From positions 22,268-46,267 of the forward strand of contig CAYMOG010000003.1 in NCBI GenBank assembly GCA_964392065.1: a stretch of 24,000 nucleotides of DNA. Reading direction: 5' to 3'. Below the pieces are notes generated by a model, which saw only the letters and a list, made by a program, of their open reading frames with translations, was not told the DNA's origin and made no database searches. This document shows, piece by piece, positions 17,817-24,000 of this stretch. The DNA is from an uncultured Oscillospiraceae bacterium. GTDB taxonomy: Bacteria > Bacillota > Clostridia > Saccharofermentanales > Fastidiosipilaceae. Within the stretch, counting starts at the first letter, position 1; each line of letters begins with the position of its first letter. Both the position numbers and the translations under genes were made by a program.

Positions 17817-18038
17817 TCAAACGGATGCGTGTACTTCTTCTTCAATCCCGAAATAATCATTTAGTTTTGATAGTAAATGGTCAGGATCCATACCATGAAC
17901 ATAACATGCTTGTTCTATCGTTTCATTAGTAGACATAGCACACCCTAAACAGTGTAAACCTTCTTCCATGAAAACTTGTGCAGCATTTATGTCTAAGCGA
18001 AGTACGTCTACAATAATTGTATCTTTTGTAATTTTCAT
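17817..18038 (-). CDS. DUF1858 domain protein (family named 'hybrid cluster protein-associated redox disulfide domain')
   Basis: MKITKDTIIVDVL...AAQVFMEEGLHCLGCAMS..ETIEQACYVHGMD...LL..LN is the typical DUF1858 pattern, including the CxxC. The ORF-track start at 18050 is GTG. The ATG at 18038 lies 5 nt after GAGGAG and is preferred. Confidence 0.8.
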   Translation of the reverse strand: MKITKDTIIVDVLRLDINAAQVFMEEGLHCLGCAMSTNETIEQACYVHGMDPDHLLSKLNDYFGIEEEVHASV

Positions 18039-18133
18039 TTTTCTCCTCACTTTCTATTTTCTTCTAAATAATAGGCAGGCTTTTTACTTTTTGTCGTAAC
18101 AAACTTTCATATTTTCTCTTGAAAAGACCTTAT

Positions 18134-18155
18134 AAATGTCAATATCATGACATTT
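18134..18155. promoter_or_regulatory. 22-bp palindrome AAATGTCA-N6-TGACATTT; candidate dimeric transcription-factor operator
   Basis: The 8-bp arms are perfect. The TGTCA-N6-TGACA core has the 5-N6-5 geometry of CRP/FNR-family sites. It lies in the divergent DUF1858/hup intergenic region. Confidence 0.35.
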
Positions 18156-18178
18156 GTCGCCCGAGAAGCCCATTTCTA

Positions 18179-18207
18179 TTGACATTATAGGGATTCAATA
18201 AGATAAT
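18179..18207 (+). promoter_or_regulatory. Sigma-A-type promoter for hup
   Basis: TTGACA (18179-18184), a 17-nt spacer and GATAAT (18202-18207). The AGGAGG RBS is at 18224-18229. Confidence 0.6.
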
Positions 18208-18235
18208 TCTATTGAATTAATTTAGGAGGATTATT

Positions 18236-18511
18236 ATGAATAAAAATGAATTAATCGATTCTGTGGCAAAAGCAACAGAACTCACCAAAAAGGATTCTGA
18301 AGCTGCAGTAAACGCTGTATTAGAGAGCATCTCTTCCGCTTTGGAAAAAGAAGACAAAGTTGTACTTATCGGTTTTGGTACTTTTGAAGTTAGAAGCCGT
18401 AAAGCACGTACAGGTCGTAACCCAGCTACAGGAGAAGAGATTCAAATCCCAGCTTCTAAAGCTCCAGCATTTAAAGCAGGTAAAAATCTAAAAGATCGTG
18501 TAAACGGTTAA
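18236..18511 (+). CDS. hup: DNA-binding protein HU
   Basis: [11 protein letters not shown]...[42 protein letters not shown] is a canonical HU sequence. 91 aa. Confidence 0.96.
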   Translation: MNKNELIDSVAKATELTKKDSEAAVNAVLESISSALEKEDKVVLIGFGTFEVRSRKARTGRNPATGEEIQIPASKAPAFKAGKNLKDRVNG

Positions 18512-18519
18512 TAAGAGTA

Positions 18520-18548
18520 CAGAGGTAAGGTCACTTACCTCTGTTTTT
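18520..18548 (+). terminator. Rho-independent terminator of hup, shared with the convergent Spo0A_C-like gene
   Basis: CAGAGGTAAG-GTCA-CTTACCTCTG forms a perfect 10-bp stem, followed by TTTTTAT. The U-tract overlaps the stop codon of the minus-strand gene at 18547-18549. Confidence 0.85.
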
Positions 18549-19110
18549 ATATTTCTGACTTCTCTTCCAATGCTTTTTTAATTTCTTGTAGTATCCGTGC
18601 AATAAACACGGAGTTCGTCTCATTATATCCTGCTTTTTTCAAAGCATAATCTATATTTCTATCTATTTGTTGTCTTCCTGTTTGATAATAATCAGCGAGT
18701 GTAGAAAAATGTGTTTTATCTGGTGCATTGACACCCTTGCTTTCATCCATAAGGATTAAAAGCAAATGACATAAATATACATAGCCTTTCAATGAAGGTT
18801 TCAAACCTATTTTCACAAGGTAATCTTGAATGAAAAGAAAACTACTCATCTTCTCAACTTCTATTTCAATTTGTTTCTGGTGGTAAGAACTTCCCTGTGT
18901 ATCTCCAAACACAAGTTTTTCTATGTTATGTGCAGTTTCGTACAAATTCTTCGTTCCATCAAGCACGTAGTGTAACCTTCCTCCACCATCTGCTAATCCT
19001 AAATAACCGTTCTTTCGCATGATTTGTTGTAAGTATTTCAACAAATCTTTAGAACTGGATGAAACATAAAATTCGTAAGAAATATTAAAAGGTTTTCCCT
19101 CGTTATGCAT
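18547..19110 (-). CDS. Spo0A_C (Spo0A effector-domain-like) DNA-binding protein lacking a receiver domain
   Basis: The C-terminal half (...IGLKPSLKGYVYLCHLL...TGRQQIDRNIDYALKKAG...TNSVFIARILQEIKK) matches landmark positions of the B. subtilis Spo0A C-terminal domain as I recall it (IGVPAHIKGYLYLREAI...SRVERAIRHAIEVAW...PTNSEFIAMVADKL). The N-terminal ~90 aa are unrecognised. GGGGGAG RBS. Confidence 0.72.
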   Translation of the reverse strand: MHNEGKPFNISYEFYVSSSSKDLLKYLQQIMRKNGYLGLADGGGRLHYVLDGTKNLYETAHNIEKLVFGDTQGSSYHQKQIEIEVEKMSSFLFIQDYLVKIGLKPSLKGYVYLCHLLLILMDESKGVNAPDKTHFSTLADYYQTGRQQIDRNIDYALKKAGYNETNSVFIARILQEIKKALEEKSEI

Positions 19111-19180
19111 ATAAAATCTCCCCCTTTATTCTATCTTGCCAAGGATTAGAGGGATTAGCCAATGCCTATAGACATAGTAA

Positions 19181-20020
19181 TTACGAAAGAAAAATTTTCC
19201 TCATCGCTTGAGCCATACCATTTTCATTATGATGTCCCGCAATATAGTCTGCATGTTCTTGTACAGATTTCACCCCGGACCCCATAGCAATTGCTAGCCC
19301 TGCTCTCTCCAACATACTAATATCATTCATTTGATCTCCTATACAGCAGACTTGATTCATTTCAAGATCTAAAGAAGAGGCCAACTTCATAACTGCTTCT
19401 CCTTTATTACAACCTGTAGGTACAATATCTATCGCACCGGAAACAGAAACAACATTATCCACATCTTCAATATGAAGCAAGGCATGACTAAGTTTTTCTG
19501 CTAGCACTTTATCTGGAGGAAATGTAATAAATGACTTCATAATTTTCTCTCGAGGTATGCCGTTTTCTAACGTATCTAAACTTTGCAAGAAGACTTCTTC
19601 GTGGCCAAAGGCTTTGGCCTGGGTATTATACCGACGAAATGTTTCAATTCTCTTGCTATTAGGACTAAAGTATACTTTATCTGCAGCGTAGAATAAATAA
19701 TCTGCCTGATAAGCGTCACAATATACTTTTATTTTTTCTATAGCTTCATAACTTAGGACATACTGATAGATAAGTTCATTGCTTCTGTGGTATCGAAGCA
19801 TGGCTCCATTACATGAAATAATAGGCAAATCAAGATTTAGTAGTTCAGCGAAGTGCCATGCCATACGATCTAATCTTCCAGTAGCAAAAGTAAATAGATA
19901 GCCTGCCTTACGAAGATCTTGAACGGTTTCTATAGTTTCATTTGTTAACTGGCTATTCGCATCAAGAAGTGTACCATCCAAATCACTAATTATGAGCTTT
20001 ATCTTATTTTTACTATTCAT
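19181..20020 (-). CDS. Cof-type HAD-IIB family hydrolase (sugar-phosphatase-like)
   Basis: Motif I LIISDLDGTLL. Motif II ATGR. Motif IV GDQMNDISML. The cap-domain size is typical of Cof/YidA-type enzymes. Confidence 0.9.
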   Translation of the reverse strand: MNSKNKIKLIISDLDGTLLDANSQLTNETIETVQDLRKAGYLFTFATGRLDRMAWHFAELLNLDLPIISCNGAMLRYHRSNELIYQYVLSYEAIEKIKVYCDAYQADYLFYAADKVYFSPNSKRIETFRRYNTQAKAFGHEEVFLQSLDTLENGIPREKIMKSFITFPPDKVLAEKLSHALLHIEDVDNVVSVSGAIDIVPTGCNKGEAVMKLASSLDLEMNQVCCIGDQMNDISMLERAGLAIAMGSGVKSVQEHADYIAGHHNENGMAQAMRKIFLS

Positions 20021-20038
20021 ATTCTCTCCAATTACCCC

Positions 20039-21745
20039 TTACCCCCAAAATTTATGCCAATTCGTACCATCCAAGGAGAATCTATAGATTTGATAATCTG
20101 ACTGATCAGAATTCAAATATTCAATGGAATAAATAGTTTTATCATCCACAAATAATTCCGATGATATATTGGAAGCTAAATTCAGCACGTGACCCTGTTC
20201 TAAATCAAACCGCTGTGGAGTCCATGATACGAATATTAAGTTATCATTGGAGTAATTTAAATAAGCGCTGGCATCCTCATATATTGTACTAATATGTTTA
20301 TTATTTAAATTAAATGAAATAATGTGCTTATCTAATTGCCGTACTAAATACAAGTTATTTGCATCATCAATAACTAAATCATTAAATGGCCCTTCTAGTA
20401 GTAGCTCATCACTAATGTCTATAAGTTCTTCTGCTTGGTACTTGTCACTGAAAAAATCAAAGGACTTTTTATATAAGTTATTATCCTCTAGCCCGATGAA
20501 GTAAATACCATTTTTATCGAAAACATAATACAATACCCGTTTCTGAGTTATACGAAAATCTTCTCGTGTTTGCAAATGAAATAAACATAAATAGCCTTCG
20601 TTATCTAAATATAGAACATTATTTCCAACGACAATAAAATCAGAAAAATTCTGATTCGAGATAAGATTTAATGATTCTGTGCTCCTATCATAAGAGTAAA
20701 GACTATTATCCTCTGAAGGCTTCGTAAAATAGAGTATACCTCCCACAAGATTCAAATCCGTTGCATCAAGAGTCAGAATTAATTCCAAACCAGAATCATC
20801 CGTTTTATCAGCGAAGTAGACACCCTTTCGTTTCAAATCCGAGAAGTAAAAATGATTTCCTTCTACAGCAAACAAACCAGAATATCGAGTTTGCCACGAA
20901 CGATTACCTTGAATATTTAGATTGACATCAGGAACATCTAACCCTGCACCTTCAATTTTTTTAAGCCATTCTGAATATTTACTCAAGTTTCTAGACTGAA
21001 TATAATATTCTAGTACTTTTTTCTGCAGGTCTCTCTGCTTAATATCCAAGTCCAAAGATTTTTCCCACACTTCGAATGCTTTGGCCTCATTTTCTAAATC
21101 TAAATATAATTCAGCTATAGTATTAAGTTGATCTGAGGATAATGTATATTCATAGCTTTCATATGCTTCGGATGTTTTAATATAGTCTCCTGCATCATAA
21201 TAAACTTTTAGACCCAAGCGACTTAAAACTTCACTATTAGGGAATTTGGCCAAAGCTTGATCTAAGACTCTACTAGCTTGGGTAAAATAAGCGTCTTCAT
21301 TAAGCCCAACAATTAATGCTCTATACTCCTCTTCATTGGGTGCATAGGCATTATCTTCAGCTTCAAGTAAACTATCAGCCAGAGCATAGTCTCTTGTATC
21401 CATAGCATAGGCATAAAGTAAAGAACGATACTTAGGACTATCCTCACTAACAGTAGATAATTGATCGAGATAACCCTTTGCAGCAGAGTAATGCGCTTGT
21501 CCTAAATGTAAGCTTACAATTCGCTCTAACGCTTCTACTGACTGAGGATCTATTTCTAACGCTTGTTCATACGCCTCTATAGCGAGCTGAAATTCTTGTT
21601 GTATACTGTAGTTATCACCATTTCTTACATAGCGATTGACTTTAGCATATGGGCTGTACAAAAGAAAATAGAGTAATAGAATTAAGATAAATCCTAAAAC
21701 AATTACAGAGAAAATATTCACTTGTTTCTTAATATCTTTTCGCAT
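20039..21745 (-). CDS. Membrane-anchored TPR-repeat protein with a C-terminal DUF5050-like beta-propeller region
   Basis: N-terminal TM segment (IFSVIVLGFILILLLYFLLY). TPR-like helical repeats (..AIEAYEQALEIDPQSVEAL.., ..EAKAFEVWEKSLDLD..). The C-terminal ~290 aa carry recurring ..G(N)xhYF/YL.. blades (GNHFYFS, GGILYFT, GNNVLYL, NGIYFI, NNLYLV, DKTIYSI). Confidence 0.68.
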   Translation of the reverse strand: MRKDIKKQVNIFSVIVLGFILILLLYFLLYSPYAKVNRYVRNGDNYSIQQEFQLAIEAYEQALEIDPQSVEALERIVSLHLGQAHYSAAKGYLDQLSTVSEDSPKYRSLLYAYAMDTRDYALADSLLEAEDNAYAPNEEEYRALIVGLNEDAYFTQASRVLDQALAKFPNSEVLSRLGLKVYYDAGDYIKTSEAYESYEYTLSSDQLNTIAELYLDLENEAKAFEVWEKSLDLDIKQRDLQKKVLEYYIQSRNLSKYSEWLKKIEGAGLDVPDVNLNIQGNRSWQTRYSGLFAVEGNHFYFSDLKRKGVYFADKTDDSGLELILTLDATDLNLVGGILYFTKPSEDNSLYSYDRSTESLNLISNQNFSDFIVVGNNVLYLDNEGYLCLFHLQTREDFRITQKRVLYYVFDKNGIYFIGLEDNNLYKKSFDFFSDKYQAEELIDISDELLLEGPFNDLVIDDANNLYLVRQLDKHIISFNLNNKHISTIYEDASAYLNYSNDNLIFVSWTPQRFDLEQGHVLNLASNISSELFVDDKTIYSIEYLNSDQSDYQIYRFSLDGTNWHKFWG

Positions 21746-21746
21746 G

Positions 21747-22139
21747 CTATCTCTCTATTTTCTGAAAAGAAACGGCAAAATGTGTACGGGGCGAAAAATA
21801 AACCATATAATTTTCATCTTGAATGATTGTATTTTCATAAGGATTGTAAACAAACTGTTCGCCATTACTATCAACAAATCTCCATGGCTTCAACTCAGAT
21901 ATCTTATGGGCTTCCAACTTGTATTGTCCTCTAGCCATGTCCGCCACATCCATATAAATTGGCAAAACATATTTCAATCCTACAAAAGCCATTACAACAG
22001 CAAGGAACGTAGGTATAAAATATTGCCACACTCTATTCCATTTACGCTTGTAATGAAACTTCAATGCACGTTGAAATAAATACAGAAGTAGAAGTATGAA
22101 AATAGTAATTAAACCGACTATAATAAGAAATAGTATCAT
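21747..22139 (-). CDS. Hypothetical 2-TM membrane protein with a small C-terminal soluble domain
   Basis: 130-aa ORF with two hydrophobic helices (ILFLIIVGLITIFILLLLYLF and FIPTFLAVVMAFVGLKYVL). GAAGGA RBS. The start is separated from the ligA stop by 3 nt, and the stop is separated from the next start by 1 nt. I recognise no family. Confidence 0.6.
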   Translation of the reverse strand: MILFLIIVGLITIFILLLLYLFQRALKFHYKRKWNRVWQYFIPTFLAVVMAFVGLKYVLPIYMDVADMARGQYKLEAHKISELKPWRFVDSNGEQFVYNPYENTIIQDENYMVYFSPRTHFAVSFQKIER

Positions 22140-22142
22140 TAT

Positions 22143-24000
22143 TTAATCCTTCAACAGTTCCGTTTTATTTTCTAGAGAAGAGATGAACTCTGCTTCACTG
22201 AGTATTCGAATCCCCAATTGTTCTGCTTTATCTTTTTTGCTACCTGGTTTTAATCCCAATACTAGATAATCTGTATTTTTCGAAACCGAAGAACTTAGCT
22301 TTCCACCATTTTCTTGGATAATGGCTTCAATTTCTTTGCGACTATAGAGTTCCATACTCCCAGTAACCACAAAAACTAAGCTATCCCAAATCTGCTCGCT
22401 TTCTTCTTCAGTTGAACTGCTGAAGAAATTCAAGCCTAAATGTTCAAGTTCTCTAAGTAATGTAAGATTGGCATCACTTGCAAAAAAAGCTTGTATCATA
22501 CTAGCACTACCGAAACCAATTTCTGGAACCTGAAGAAGTTCCTCCATACTTGCTTGGGCCAAATCCCACAATGAAGTAAAATGTTTCGATAGAACTTGAG
22601 ATGCTTGCGCACCAATATGTGTGATACCTAACCCATTAATCAAACGCTCTAGATTATTGGATTTGGAGTTTTCTATAGCTAAAAGAAGTTTCTCTACAGA
22701 TTTCGGTCCAAAACCTGGCAAGTTTTCTAATTCTTCTTTCTTATCCTTTAGACGATAAATATCACTAATACTATGGATAAAACCCGCTTTCACAAAGGCT
22801 TCTAAATTTGCTGGGCCTAAGCCTTCTATATTCATTGCACCACGCGATGTAAAATGAATCAGATGGCGTAAGCGCTGAGCGGGACAACTTGCTCCTGTAC
22901 AATATGTAGCCGATTCCCCAGGCTTACGGATGACGACTGAGCCACATGATGGACAGTAATGAGGCATTTCATAAACTTCGGAGTTTGGATTTCTTCTCTC
23001 TTCAATTACGCGAACTACTTCTGGAATGATATCTCCAGCCTTCTGGATTATTACAGTATCTTTAACTCTAATATCCTTAAGTCTTATGAAATCTTCATTA
23101 TGTAAGGTCGCTCTACTAACAGTAGATCCTGCTACTAATACTGGCTTCAAATACGCTAAAGGCGTAAGTTTTCCACTTCTTCCTACCTGCACGACAATAT
23201 CTTCTACTATTGTCTCAACTTGCTCTGCAGCAAATTTACAAGCAACTGCCCAACGGGGAAACTTCGAAGTAGATCCAAGTTGTTCTCGCATAGCCAAATT
23301 ATTCAGTTTTACTACCGCCCCATCAATTCCATAAGGTAGCTGATTTCTACTTTCCTTTATTTCTTCTACTCTACTTATAATTGCATTTTTTGAAGTAAAA
23401 GGGCCACTTTCACTTATTGTAGGGAACCCATTTTTCTGAAGAAATTGAATACTTTCGTCATGGGTTTGAAAACTTAAGCCTTCAACAAGCTGAACATTAA
23501 AACAAAACAATGACAACTCTCTTGATTTTGTTACATTAGCATCGAGTTGACGCAAAGAACCTGCTGCGGCATTACGTGGATTGGCAAAAGTTTTCTGCCC
23601 TAACGCCTCTTGTTCTAGATTTAGACGATCGAAACTCTCCTGACTCATATAGACTTCTGCACGTATAATGATTCGGTTTAAACCCTCTGCATTAGGTAAT
23701 GTCATGGGTAGATTTTGTAAAGTTTTTATGTTCTCCGTAATATCTTCGCCTTCTAGTCCATCACCTCGTGTTGCAGCTTGAAAAAATTCACCTTCTCTAT
23801 ATTCAATAGAAACGGATAACCCGTCAATCTTAGGTTCAACAATCCAAGCTAAGTCCTTATAACTGCTCATAAGTTTACTTAGATAAGTTTCTAGCTCATC
23901 GATGGAAAAAACATCTTGTAAACTTTCCATCTTTACAGCATGTGTAACTTTAGAAAATAAATTACTGACTTGCCCGCCTACGGATTGAGTAGGCGAGTTT
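22143..24000 (-). CDS. ligA: NAD-dependent DNA ligase LigA; 5' end outside the window
   Basis: Adenylation motif EPKIDGLS. Zn finger CPSCGSVVIRKPGESATYCTGASCPAQ. HhH region and C-terminal BRCT (VFVVTGSM...). The frame stays open upstream of the track Met at 23930 (…SPTQSVGGQVSNLFSKVTHAVKMESL), so the true start lies beyond 24000. Confidence 0.96.
   Translation of the reverse strand, partial: NSPTQSVGGQVSNLFSKVTHAVKMESLQDVFSIDELETYLSKLMSSYKDLAWIVEPKIDGLSVSIEYREGEFFQAATRGDGLEGEDITENIKTLQNLPMTLPNAEGLNRIIIRAEVYMSQESFDRLNLEQEALGQKTFANPRNAAAGSLRQLDANVTKSRELSLFCFNVQLVEGLSFQTHDESIQFLQKNGFPTISESGPFTSKNAIISRVEEIKESRNQLPYGIDGAVVKLNNLAMREQLGSTSKFPRWAVACKFAAEQVETIVEDIVVQVGRSGKLTPLAYLKPVLVAGSTVSRATLHNEDFIRLKDIRVKDTVIIQKAGDIIPEVVRVIEERRNPNSEVYEMPHYCPSCGSVVIRKPGESATYCTGASCPAQRLRHLIHFTSRGAMNIEGLGPANLEAFVKAGFIHSISDIYRLKDKKEELENLPGFGPKSVEKLLLAIENSKSNNLERLINGLGITHIGAQASQVLSKHFTSLWDLAQASMEELLQVPEIGFGSASMIQAFFASDANLTLLRELEHLGLNFFSSSTEEESEQIWDSLVFVVTGSMELYSRKEIEAIIQENGGKLSSSVSKNTDYLVLGLKPGSKKDKAEQLGIRILSEAEFISSLENKTELLKD

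Noticed and set aside
1-24000. Search for CRISPR arrays, IS elements or transposases, integrases, prophage genes, toxin-antitoxin pairs and known defence-system signatures
   Set aside because: There are no spaced direct-repeat arrays and no terminal inverted repeats flanking ORFs. No ORF has a recombinase, transposase or nuclease-NTPase pattern beyond the housekeeping genes listed. Every long ORF is accounted for by a recognisable family, except the 130-aa membrane protein and the N-terminal half of the Spo0A_C protein.

Overview
This window looks like a compact, AT-rich chromosomal core region, Bacillota/Clostridia-like judging by gene content. Nearly all genes are on the minus strand. In the direction of transcription (high to low coordinates) they are: ligA (5' end outside the window), a small 2-TM protein, a TM-anchored TPR/DUF5050 protein, a Cof-type HAD hydrolase, and a receiver-less Spo0A_C-domain protein. 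hup lies on the plus strand, convergent with the Spo0A_C gene. Next come a DUF1858 CxxC protein, aspA, a long 465-bp spacer, tRNA-Thr(UGU), and an EEP-family gene overlapping maa. A TraX gene lies on the plus strand. Then follow rho, rpmE-prmC-DUF951-prfA-tsaC, rpsF-ssb-rpsR and rplI-dnaB-tilS-hpt-ftsH. The 3' end of a Mur-ligase-like gene on the plus strand sits at the left edge. I found no CRISPR array, transposase, integrase, prophage or recognisable defence or toxin-antitoxin module, and no convincing multi-gene novel system. The items most worth a second look are local. (1) An orphan Spo0A_C DNA-binding protein with an unrecognised N-terminal domain. (2) A CRP/FNR-geometry palindrome and 0A-box-like TTTGTCG repeats in the DUF1858/hup divergent region. 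(3) DUF951 translationally wedged between prmC and prfA. (4) Rho with a roughly 160-aa charged insertion and a Gly/Asn/Ser tail. (5) A possible small TM/zinc-ribbon gene, either short or broken at homopolymers, in the long spacer. (6) ligA tightly coupled to two membrane proteins. (7) An SSB whose acidic tip carries two residues after the canonical terminal Pro-Phe. All family calls were made by eye from motifs. No searches or folding computations were run.
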